This document shows positions 39,501 to 64,000 of a stretch of 64,000 nucleotides of DNA, piece by piece. The DNA lies in contig NMRA01000092.1 of the NCBI GenBank assembly GCA_002633005.1, positions 957,861-1,021,860 of the forward strand, in the 5' to 3' direction. The number at the start of each line of letters is the position of its first letter. Positions within the stretch are counted from its first letter, which is position 1. The translations under genes and the position numbers were made by a program. The notes below the pieces were generated by a model. The model did not search any database and was not told where the DNA came from. It saw nothing but the letters and a program-made list of their open reading frames with translations. Origin of the DNA: Phoronis australis. Its lineage: Eukaryota; Animalia; Phoronida.

Positions 39501-42500
39501 CATGACTTGCTTGTGTTATCACATACCTTGCGTTTGAGAACAGATAATTTCTCAACAACATTATCCAACCAGGAAGTGACTTGACTGACATCTGTTGAGC
39601 TTTTCAAACAATTTTCCAGTTCACTAGCTGCCTTGCACACATTTGTCACCTCACGGTCAATGTTTCTCTGAGCAGTTCTAAACTTCTTGTTGAGGATTTC
39701 ATATGGAACCTAAAAAGAAGCATTTAATACAAACACATCAAGCCTGATCAGTGTAAAGCTCACTAACATTATGTGACCTACATGTAGACAGGTACTACTG
39801 TTCAGTTGACTGCTGAAGACGCAAGTCTCTGGAACCAGGGGTCATGGGTTTGATTCCAGAGTAGGACCTTTCAGGTCTGCAAGTTTATGGGTCACCTAGG
39901 ACCTTTTAGTTCACCCAAATGCTATAGTTATTACAATTTCTTGAAAACCAATCAAAACTACATTGACCCGTTATTACATTTAAAGTACCCACCGTCAAAA
40001 GAAAAAGTATAGAGTAAAACGCCAATCAGGCAGCTGCCTGAGACTTTAACATGGCCAACACCAAGGGAAGGCAGCACGGGTGACCTGTCAACACACTTGC
40101 AAGACAATGATGTTGTTGAACACACCTGAACTTGAATTAACCATTCAACACCACACCACTACGTCAAGTGACCAACAAGTAGACCTACTAATGAATTTTT
40201 GACGCCCTGCAATCTCCTAACACTTGAAAATTTGAAACCAATTTCATAATAGTGAGTGGAATAAATCAAAAGTCGGAAGTTTAATGTTCCCATGGCTACC
40301 AGTTATGTGATTGGTTGGATAGGTTGAATTATGAATTATGGGCTAGAATTAACCGTTTCCATTCTATAAGTGAAGATTTCTCGCCACCTAGTGCTTTGCA
40401 AGTGTCTTGGGTCTATCAAACACAACCTTAGTAATGCTAATCCGACCATTCTGCATACATGCATGACTCAGGATCTACCTGCAGATAGCTAGAGTTTCGA
40501 AAGGTGCGCGATATAGTGGTTTTTAAACATTTTGTGTTTGGTAAGGCTTCATTATAGGTGGCTAAAATAATTGGGAAGCCAAACTTATTACTAGTAAACT
40601 CCAACAGTTTACATGATTTACTTTGAGGCCTTCTGTTTTGAAAAGGTGAAATATAGTTATATTTCAAATTCCTTCAAAGGGTTACGAATGGGGTTTGGTT
40701 CTTGAGTCAAAGTTAGGGTTTCATATTTAGTTTTGTGCTCAAGATCCAAACTTTAGTAAAGCTCCACTATTTCTGAAGTATGAAAGTATGTGACAAAATT
40801 GAAGTCAATAGTGCAAGGTGGGTGTGGTTATAACGTATTTTCATGTATCTCCAATTAAATATGTTTTCTTACATAAATTGAACTGGTTTTGAATATGAGT
40901 ACTTAAATGACTTGGAAAATACAATTTGATTTTAACTTAGACCAAGATAATTTAGACGTCTCAAATGCGGGATTACAGAACTTTAAGTGTCAGTCACTAC
41001 ATTTAGTTTAGACATTCCAGTTGTATTGATTTTGACGAGAAAAATACAATCTGTTCAAAATAACTGGCCATGCCTGGATTGAAATCGACGAATATAAGTC
41101 ATGTTCCATAATTCTCAAGCTGTCAATTATGAGAAATGCCGTTTACTTGTGACAAATAGGAGTCACTTCATCAAAAGAGGCTGCAAAATTGAGTTTTTAT
41201 ATGCGTGTTCAGCATTACCATTTTTCTCAACTGCCACTGAAATGCCCTGGAGGCGCATGTTACATTTGCAAACCAAATCCGTGCTACCCAACTGTCCTGT
41301 AAGGGTTTTGTAGGTCTACAGTTCTATGGTACATCCTTTTGCGCTTTTGAGTTCAAAGAATTTGTTGCAAGCCTAGTTGCCAACGTGAAAGTTGAATCAA
41401 TCCTATCTAACTGGCACGTGCCATCATATGCAACGTGAAAAAAAAGAAAATACTCATTGAAAAAATACCCACAACTTTGAACTGCTAAATGATTGTCATC
41501 AAAGTTATTAAAGACACAAAAATAGATAACTCTGAGTGCAAACTCCTTACATTTGTTAGCTCTCCAAAATTTGCAACTGTAATGACTGAAAAATACCCTG
41601 TCGCAAAACAATTACGCAAAACGTTTCCCTAGCCGAATGACGTATTGATCCATGGAAACAATTCAGTGCAAACTTCACAACAAAAAAAATGTGTGGCTTA
41701 TGCTGTTTACGTTTACAGTAATTAATTTTCCATGAAATGAAAAGCTTCAAAATAATCCAAGTTTCGCTTCCATTATTGGGGGATTCAAGTTTGCTCCCTT
41801 AGCACGGAACACATGCCATATGTGGGGAAAATAGGACAGCCTCAAAACGACATGTGACCCTGTCATGCATGTCACTAGTCTTACTTCTCCTTTTGAAGCA
41901 TAAAACAAAGCCAGGATTAGGCTTAAACATTGAGAGAAAATTGGTTCTTTTGAAAAGTGAATTTGTTGTTGAATAGAATGAGAGTGTGATTCATTATAGA
42001 CTGACAATTTCAAATCACGCTGTCGCTTAAAGAACACGATGTCCGCGGCAACGACTGCAAACATAATATGCTGTCACTCGAAACTGATCTAGTTCCCGCA
42101 CTTCAAACGCACCTTAGTTTTGAAAATCAATTTCAGATAGGTAAATTACGGGTGGGCGCTAGCCTGAGCTGTGGGCACTTAATTGAAAATTGTCGTAAGT
42201 TAAGGAGAACACTTAATACAGCACTGGGCCCATCTTCCAAAAAATTTCAAAGGCAGGGAAGAGGCACATACGTGAGTCGAATGGTTGTGGTAATAAGAAA
42301 TCAAAATACTGCAATAACAAGAAATGTTATAATACAGCATTTTTGTGCAACAAACTACACCTACGCACGACTGTGTGGTGTTGTTACCACCTACCCTTTA
42401 TAGCCGACCGGAATACAGGTATCTTTTTTTTCTAATTGGCTTATTTCAGCCAGAACAATATTCTTTCCAATTGATTAAAAAATCCGTGACGTTGTCAACT

Positions 42501-44523
42501 GATGTCTCGGGGAGTAAAAAATTGACAGGGTGTGTACGAAGAGAAGAATGAAAAGATTGCTCACAACTTCGTGTCTACTCGTCTTTTGCGATAAAAATAA
42601 GAGACGCATGTTGAAACAGGCTGTTACTTGACATCTACAAATCATGATCATCTGCTGGGACCTTGACCTTGCACGCAAACAACATGATCGACCAGTGTCG
42701 CAGTGCGATGTTATCAGGGATATTGTAATTGGATAATCAGGACATCTTACTTGAAAAATTAATATGTTTTTCCACCACAAAGTCTGTTACCGTAAGTTGA
42801 TCGTTTAAGAATTATTGGAGACATCCCCGTTTCGTGACGTTTTATCACGTGTTCTGCCATGGTCCGGAACTTTCTTCTGCGAATCCAAAAATTTGCAAAA
42901 GTAGCCAAAAATACTTTTCCATGAAACGCGTTAAAGATCGATTCTGCACTGTCATGTTCACACGATATGTTTACAAATACAAGTGGTTGATACTGCTGTT
43001 CCGTGTTGTTCTTTTGAACTTGATTTGGCAACAGCCAAAATAATGGTCAGATCCACACGAGTTGCTTTATATTTACCTGGTATCTGCCGAGAAGTGTAAA
43101 AACTCAACTCGCATACATTGGAAATACCAGGTTGCTCACTAATATGAGCTGGCCAAAATCTCAGCTCGCATTTTCAAATTTCAGATCATAAATGCAACAC
43201 ATAGCTCATTACGTTGAGCGCTGCTATAGTTTTTGAGTGACTGGAATTTGATCGGCCAGTGAAACCCAACTTATTCCTAGCAGGAAAGAACAAGACTAAA
43301 TGGCTGCTCTAGAAGACAGAGATGTCAACCGAGAATGTCGTCAGCGCCAAAGTTCTCTCTTATGGATAATACATATTACGTTGAACTCAAAATTCTTTGA
43401 AGAACGAAAACTTTTGTGTTTTTATTTTGACTGCGCCGATGTGGGTAAAAAACTGACCAGACAAAATCTGATAAAAGTTACACTCTTTCTTTAGTACACT
43501 AAATTATTTAGTTGTTGGAAAAAACTGGCATTCTACCACTACTCTGCCGCTAAAATTTTGGTACAATCTTTTGTGTCAGCTTTCGGGATCATAAAATATT
43601 GCGTTTTTTTTTCACCGATTCTTCAATCAACTGTTGTTCTTTCACGATGTTGCGTACGCGTTACAACAAGTTATCACAATTGGTTTCACTTCATTTTAAG
43701 GTTTTAGTATTTTAATACCAGCAAACCACATTTCAGAACAAAATTTACTGCTGCGAAGCTGTCATCATCTCCCGAGAGATGTTGCAAAACTTTAGGAAAT
43801 GGTGCGTGCGCATGTCATGACTCACGAGCATACTGTTTACAAAACGGTGACATATTTTCTTCGTTACAAAAGGCAAAGAATTACACAAAAATGACATTTA
43901 TAAGGTTGTTTGACCCCCCGATTTTGCATGTGTTGTAACAGTCAAAATCATTCGTCCTTGTGTGATAGTGTAATGACACCACCATAAATAGACCACCAAG
44001 CCCAGTAATTTTGCTTGGACCATGGTGGAAGCTGGTTGTTTAGGCTTTTGGTCATACAAATTGGCCGTACATTGATTGTAAGTACTCTCCGTGAGGCATA
44101 ACAAGTGAACCTGTGCCGTAATAAAACACATGCACCCCCCCCCCCCCCCCCCNGTCTTTAGATCTACATGTTGATACTAGTTTCAACGTCGAGGTGACGA
44201 GCAGAAATACCTGGGATGTGTTCAATTTCGAAATCTGTCAGACTTCAAAACGCAGGGGTGCCTAGCTGTATTTTGACAAAAGTCTTCATACACATCATAG
44301 CTGGCTGGCTATCTCGGGCTCGGGCGGAACTGGAAGTGCGGGCCGTTATTTAGTGGATGAAACTGGTTCTCTAAATCATGGTCCATTATATCCGACTAGT
44401 GCTGAACTTCTTAAATTGTGTATAACTACAAATCATAGGGTTTTTGTGAAGTTTAAAAGAATACCCAAGTCAATAAATTACCTTTAATGTAGAGTGTTCT
44501 AAAACTTTTACGTCTGCCATCAT
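30492..44523 (-). CDS. MAEA: MAEA / EMP (GID9/FYV10 orthologue), E3 ubiquitin ligase subunit of the CTLH/GID complex; whole gene, 9 coding exons, ~388 aa
   Basis: Phase-consistent GT-AG exons: 44482-44523, 39527-39709, 36540-36743, 36045-36167, 35036-35112, 34123-34231, 33313-33446, 31114-31306, 30492-30593. Translation shows [18 protein letters not shown], LisH ([23 protein letters not shown]), CTLH ([33 protein letters not shown]), CRA and a degenerate RING (CPVC...[13 protein letters not shown]...[12 protein letters not shown]...VVCPRTKE...AEKVYVM*). Confidence 0.97.
31114..31306 (-). CDS. MAEA: MAEA exon 8 (RING-like)
   Basis: [64 protein letters not shown], 193 nt. Confidence 0.95.
31307..33312 (-). 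other. U12-type (minor spliceosome) GT-AG intron, MAEA intron 7
   Basis: 5' splice site GTATCCTTT; branch site TTCTTTAAC at 31320-31328, about 12 nt from the AG; CA-repeat instead of a polypyrimidine tract. Confidence 0.92.
32368..32867. mobile_element. Kolobok-like MITE with TTAA TSD inside the U12 intron
   Basis: TTAA|GGGTACCTAGGACC ... GGTCCCACATAACC|TTAA, imperfect TIR. Confidence 0.65.
33313..33446 (-). CDS. MAEA: MAEA exon 7 (CRA)
   Basis: [45 protein letters not shown], 134 nt, followed by the GTATCCTTT donor. Confidence 0.95.
34123..34231 (-). CDS. MAEA: MAEA exon 6
   Basis: [36 protein letters not shown], 109 nt. Confidence 0.93.
35036..35112 (-). CDS. MAEA: MAEA exon 5
   Basis: [26 protein letters not shown], 77 nt, ends in phase 2. 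Confidence 0.95.
36045..36167 (-). CDS. MAEA: MAEA exon 4 (CTLH start)
   Basis: [41 protein letters not shown], 123 nt, aag acceptor, gtaggt donor. Confidence 0.95.
36540..36743 (-). CDS. MAEA: MAEA exon 3 (LisH region)
   Basis: cag acceptor, gttagt donor, 204 nt, ADENV...AQHSDIT. Confidence 0.95.
38046..38504. mobile_element. hAT-like MITE, copy 1
   Basis: TIR CAGGGCTTGGAAT...ATTCCAAGCCCTG; imperfect 8-bp flanks gctgtaat/gctgttgt; inverted copy at 57638-58136. Confidence 0.85.
38550..39087 (+). mobile_element. 5'-truncated RTE-clade (BovB-like) LINE 3' end in MAEA intron 2
   Basis: ORF with [49 protein letters not shown]; followed by a (GAT)n tail. Confidence 0.92.
39527..39709 (-). CDS. 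MAEA: MAEA exon 2 ([20 protein letters not shown]...KLSVLKRK)
   Basis: tttttag acceptor, gtatgt donor, 183 nt. Confidence 0.95.
44482..44523 (-). CDS. MAEA: MAEA coding exon 1 ([14 protein letters not shown])
   Basis: Tandem ATG ATG, 42 nt, donor AAG|gtaatt; joins in phase 0 to VPYE. Confidence 0.9.
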
Positions 44524-44958
44524 TTGTTTTCACTGGAGCATTATGGGAAATTTGGAAATTAAAGCAATAAAGGAATATTTTGTCATCATCGGTCAACATT
44601 GGAGGGCTTATATACAAAAATTTGAAATTTATTTACAAAAAAAATGAGTAATTTCATTTATTGACTTACATTTATTAATTAATAGTGTGTGCGAAAACAC
44701 GAGATTGGAGTGCGAGTCTGGTCGCGAGTGTCGCCGAGAGCGAGTAATTTTTGGCCTACGTTGAATTCACAGACGATTTCACAGATTCCAGTGTTTGTTG
44801 AATTATTTTTCACTACCCAACTATCCATTGGAGATCAACATTGACGCCGAGTGTAACTTATGCAATTATTTTTTACCCGATTTCTACCAGTGTCTTTGTT
44901 GTCTGAGTGGAGTGTGTTCGGCTTGGCTTCTAGACGTCTCGCACACTTCGGTAAAAAG
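44524..44958. promoter_or_regulatory. Putative bidirectional promoter MAEA/CtBP and non-coding first exon of CtBP (~44690-44958)
   Basis: MAEA ATG at 44523; AT-rich spacer; CpG-richer stretch from ~44700 ending in plus-strand donors TCG|gtaaaa (44951) and AAG|gtatga (44959); ZNF143/Staf-like GCATTATGGGAAA at 44538-44550. TSSs are not visible from sequence. Confidence 0.55.
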
Positions 44959-47900
44959 GTATGATCTTTTGTTTTTTTATGGTACCGCTATTGATCAAGT
45001 TGTTTGATATAACTTTTAAATATTTGATTTCTAAACATTTTGGCAAATCAATTTTTAGAAAATACTAAATTTTGAAGTGATTTTAAGGTCATACGAACGC
45101 CGTCGCCTGAAAAGTGGCGTTTGACAATGTGATTGTGAATCGGCGGGAATAAAAGTTCGATGATGAATAATAATAAAAAGAAAGTTCAAAGAGTGGAAGT
45201 GCGTTGTTTAAGGTTTATTACACCTGGAGAGTTGTGCCAATTGTTTGGGGGTAATATAGTGTTAGAGTTGCCCACGAGACTAGCCATGGTTTTGTGTCAG
45301 AGTCTACCATTTTTCAGTGTGGTGAGTTGATTTCTTATGCAAATGACCCCCAGCAAACAACAAAAGTAGACCTAGTTCCTCATGTCAGTTTGTCATTCTT
45401 TTAATAGCTTAATCAGTGCCGAATCAAAGTTATTTCTTTTATTAAGTAAATGCAATCATAGTAGGCGATGTTTGTCATTTAAAATATTTATATAGAGAAG
45501 GGTAAATGACAGTAATGATGAGTTATTTGAAATATTACTGGTGAATAATTTACCCCCAGCAAAGGTGGAAGTAAAGTAGGTCATTTCCTTTGCTCTGTTG
45601 TGAGAGTTGTGGAGAGAAGCTGTGGTATTTACCATGTTGGTAGAAGTACATGTTTGTGTTTATAATTACCAATCATGGTTTATCTTGTTTTTAAACTTGA
45701 GTTTTGATTGGCTTTGAGCCTTTGAGGCAGTCAAATGTACTACGGTAAACCAAACTTACAGGTGAATAGCTGTTCTTGATCAATGCACAATGTTCTTTGC
45801 TCTGATGAGTATTTTCAATATATGGAATTGAATTGGATCATTTTCTATTTGTAGGATGAAACTTGTAACAATGTTGAACAGAATTCATTCTTGCTTTGAT
45901 ATATTGTGACTGCATTTCATCTAAGCAATAAAATATTTCATCAAACATGTTCTTCTTGGTAATCAGCTGAGAGTGATGGCCAAAACAAGTTTATGTTGCT
46001 TACTGTTGAACTTAATATTTATTAGATTTAAATGTCAATCAATGATATGGTGTTAGACAGCACCTAGAGTCTTATTTTTCCCCTTTAATTGTTGTCGTAA
46101 ATTGTCAAGGCGCTTAAATTGGAAACTCAAAAAACAAGGTGGGCGTGAAACTGAAAATGCGAACTTGAAAGCAATTTTTCGCAAAGTTTTATGTGGACAC
46201 AGTCAATTGTGTTAACACCCAAGGAGGTACATAGACATCACCTGCAAGAGTCTAATAAAACATTGGTGGACTATAGACAGTGTGGTAAGGGGCTTACCAT
46301 CTAAATTGAGGTGATGGCATGACGTACTATGTAACTCAAATTTTTAAATTTTCCGAAACTTTATATAAGAATATAATTAGTTGGTCATGGTTGCTTTTAC
46401 AGTTTCTTTTTTGTACAAAAGGAACGTATTTTCCTTGCCCGTGTAAGGCAAACTTCCACTGTTCCTCTGAAACTAATTGCTTGTTACTCAAAGATAAGCA
46501 AGTTGTGTATGTTTTGAAGCTAAAATTCTGGCGTTCACAATGACACAGGCAAGTCTCAGTGTATAAATGGTAGGGGGGTATTGAGCCTAGCATGGGTCTT
46601 TTCCCAGACAAGTAGTGCTGCAATCAAAATTTTTTTTAAAAATGTTAATTCATTTAATAGGCTACCGATGATTTGACCTACGATATGAGACAGAGGAAGA
46701 CCTTCATTTAGAGGATGTCCTCTGACTGTTGTGACAGAAGTTAGGATATCCTGATAAAATACCGTAGTTCTTCACTTATTTACCACCCAATATGGGCATC
46801 AAGTGAAATTCTATTTTGTCAAATTTCTCCCCAAAAAAGATTAAGAAAATTTTGTTCTATTACCAGCAGGCTTTGTACTGTTTAGATGTTATAAAACAAC
46901 TTTTGGTAAAATTTCCATTGTTTGCAGTAAAGTAAACAGTCTTTGAAATTTTAGAAAAAACACCGGTATACAATTTTTGGCAATTATTTGCGTGAAAAAA
47001 GTGGAAAATTACCGTAAGCAATTAGCATACTTTTTAAGAACTAACATTCAGATAAAACTAGTGTTCACAAAGATGGTTAATCATCTCTGTTGTATAATTT
47101 GTGGTGGGCGGCAAGTTAAGCATGAACCTTTAGCAGGACAAATATGGCAATCAAAATCTGTAAAAAAATTAACAATAGATTCAATGACGCTTGGACTGGT
47201 TTGACCTAAGGTATGAGACAGGAGACCTTCATACAGGATGTCATCTCACTGCTGTGAAGCAGGTTAGGTCTTCCTAATGTGGAAATTACCTTTAAACAGG
47301 ACATGAAAGAGCATTACATTGTGTTAGTCCAAAATGTTGTAGTCATTGGAGTATTTCTAAACTTTGGACAGTAGTCTTTGTTGTCAGAGTTTGTTGTTGT
47401 CAGTTGCTATTGTACTCTGTTTTAAGTACATTTCTAGACATTTGGATAACACGTTTCAAGAACAGTCGGAAAAAGAAATTATGCAAATAATACACATTCG
47501 TATTTTGATTAGAAACCCAAATTCAGAAAGGCTATAAAACCTTGTCCGACCATAGAGACTCACTTTTGATTTAAAATGCAATTGATCTCCACGTGTTCCT
47601 GTGGGTGGAGTGTTTTCTGTGTTTGCTCAGATGTGACAGTTCATTATTACTGAAACCATACTTCATGCATAAAGTGATACACGGTGACAACTCAACTTGT
47701 AGAGCCTGGTCTCAAGTAGTAACAAACTGTTGCTCCTTTCCACACCCAGAAAGCATCTAATTTTGTTAGGGGGCAATTTGAGACCCATTGCGTAATAGGG
47801 AGTAGTCTTAACCCAAAGTTGCTTTTTTGCATTACAAGTGATGCCTTTCTAACTACTTTATATCAATTAGTTGATAAAAACTGGTTGGATGCAGTGTTCT

Positions 47901-48121
47901 CCATGACCTGTTTTAATGGCAACTCTTCCGACACACTTGATTGAGTGCCTCGCGCATGACCTGCGTGAAAAAAGGGTCACCGTCATTGACAATGTCACTC
48001 CTGCTTTAAATTAGGTTGAAATTAAAAAAACAGTGGCCAGAGCCCATTAAAACCCAATAAAGGCCTTGTGGTTAACAAAGCAGGTACACTTACAACTGAT
48101 GTCTTTTTCACCATAAACATG

Positions 48122-49048
48122 CATAGGTGGATTTAGGGGGGGGCAGGGGGCTCGGCCACCCCCCTCCCTTGGCTGCCGCAAAAAAAAATAAAACAGCAAG
48201 AGCATAGGGAAATGTTGAGTTTATCAATTAACCCCGGTAATTAACATTATACGGCGGAAACAAGATTTAAATGTGTGCAGTTTTAGTGTGTTTGGAGGGG
48301 GGGTTGGGGGCTCATATCCAATTTCAAGTGTCAAATTTGGAACTCGGCTCAATCGTAACGAAATGATATCCCAGACGACCGGCAGTGGCGCTGCGCACTA
48401 CGACTCCGTTTCCATCGTCTGCTTCACTGTGAAAATTACTTCATTTTTTAAAGTAAACGGAATCTGAGTGACGATGAAAAAACAGAAGCTGCTGGTAAGA
48501 TGTAAGTTTTAATCGAAGCCTTAGTGAATCACTCAGAAACTCATAATTCTCTCTTTGTAAAACCTTAACTTAAGACGATTTCCAAAGCAATCACGTCATT
48601 AATGCCAACACAAAAAAAAAACGGATTTGGTCTATTGGTGAATTGAAGACTATTTTAAATACAACAAATTTGTTACGAACTGATTGCACAAAATATAAAA
48701 AGTGTAATAAGCATTACAAAAAGAAGTAGGTTTGTCGCGCAAACGCTGTGGACCATAAACAAGTAGGTCTCTTATTATTAAATTTAGAGTGAAATCGTGG
48801 TGGTGCAGTGGTAAAGCACGCGCACTATGTGGTAAATGCAGTTTTTCAGGTTTGACACGTTCCCCGTTTTTTTTCTTGGATAATACTTCAGGAATCGAGG
48901 AAAATGCTTGATCTTTAGAGGAAAAAATAGAAAAATTTTCCTGGGCTGGTACCCCCCTCCCGATCTCCCCCCATTTGGTGCTATGCGCATCTAATCGTGC
49001 TTTGCAAAAATGTTGCCCCCCCCTTGTGATATCCTAGATCCGCCACTG
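48122..49048. mobile_element. Non-autonomous DNA transposon, copy 2 (5-bp TSD ACATG)
   Basis: Same TIRs and interior as 4484-5509; ACATG on both flanks. Confidence 0.9.
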
Positions 49049-50300
49049 ACATGGCTACTCCCATGTTTTGTGGAGTTCACTCAATGGGAAAGCGGCCATG
49101 GCAACTCCTCTCAAAATAGGTTGATTAATATGCAGTTGTTCCACTCTGCTACAGCGAGAAACGTTGTCTTCACTTTTACTGGAGTAATCTCTAGAGTTTG
49201 CAACATCAATCGCTACAGGCCGAAATAGACATCCTGATAGGTCTCTGGAAGGACAAGACGATAATATTAATCCTTGATGGCCTGGAATTATTCATCTTAA
49301 AAAATGATGGGAGAACTGTTTATTAATCTCAAATCTTTTCCTCACTATTCGAGAATATTAGTGCCATCCACACGCAGAGCAATTTACTCCTGGAATGAGT
49401 TGTTGCTAGGATTTAGGGATGTGTGGATGCTATTTCAACTGGTGCAACTTTGTGACAAATTATTCTACCTTGTCAAGGTAGGGTAACTTGTTCAAGACAG
49501 GGTAACTTGCTCCTCTTCTAATTGCTGTTTGTCCGCAAACCTGGGACAAGACGGAAGTAATTATCAGCTGTGGTTACCTACAGACAGGTCTTCATTTGTT
49601 TGTTATTAATGCATCAGCTGTTCATTGTGATGACAACTTCCATCTTCCACTGCTTATCAGATATGTGTGTGGACGCTCCACTTAAAAGTGCCATTTACAC
49701 TTACAAAGTTGACACGGATCAGCTGACACGGATCAAGTTGTCCCAGTGTGTAAACGGACTGACACAGAGCAAACTGACACCACGGTGACAAATTTTTGCC
49801 ATCCGTTTGTGAGGTAGAGCAATTTGCACCCGAACATCTTGCACCGTGTCAGTTATAAGTCTAAACGCGAAATTGGAGCAAGGATGGAATTCGGATAGAC
49901 CGGAGTTCTAATGGGATTGCGACATAGCTGCAACTGCAAGTAGACTTGCACGCACTTCAGAGAACATTAGTTGGTGCGCGCGCTTGTGGCACGTTTGTTG
50001 GCATTCGTACCGTTATGGTGTTTGGGTTTTCATTTATGGAGAATTGTGGCATGCACAGAATGGTTAATGTTCATGGTTTAGGAAAAACTGTTCAAAGGTA
50101 TGACTTTACACATAATGCATCAGACTATACAGAATTAAAACAATAAATGTATCATACAGAACCGACTTCAAAGAAGTCACCTTTTCAATCTTATGGCAGT
50201 GGTCATTTGTTGACCTGTGTGACGGACACTACTGACCACCAATGTATTGCGGGTCTTCTTCTTGTTTTCCAGAACTCTAGAACTGGACTAATGTCGCGTC

Positions 50301-63955
<13,655 letters not shown>

Positions 63956-64000
63956 CGTCCAGCACTGCTGACAGTTCGTTAGTGACGGATGAGCATGAGA

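Noticed and set aside
41300-43800. Cluster of 60-110-aa ORFs in MAEA intron 1
   Set aside because: No recognisable domains or splice-consistent structure; it looks like non-autonomous DNA-element sequence.

Overview
Eukaryotic DNA from a bilaterian invertebrate (AT-rich, intron-rich, two N gaps). Two complete spliced genes are arranged head-to-head. MAEA (GID/CTLH E3 ligase subunit) is on the minus strand: 9 coding exons, 44523->30492, about 388 aa, with a U12-type intron 7. CtBP is on the plus strand: 9 coding exons, 50301->63955, about 513 aa, with an N-terminal THAP zinc-finger domain of the type known from C. elegans CTBP-1. The two genes appear to share a compact bidirectional promoter. 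The left 25 kb has no recognisable conserved gene, but it holds a candidate spliced orphan gene encoding a Pro-rich/basic protein, several decayed paralogous exons, and tandem arrays (~66 bp, 78 bp, ~500-560 bp). Mobile DNA includes an L1/Tx1 LINE relic, an RTE 3' end, an RNase H-bearing LINE 3' end missed by the ORF track, 5-bp-TSD DNA transposons, hAT-like and Kolobok-like MITEs, Helentron-like elements and tRNA-derived SINE heads. All exon boundaries were read by hand; family assignments rest on remembered motifs, not database searches.
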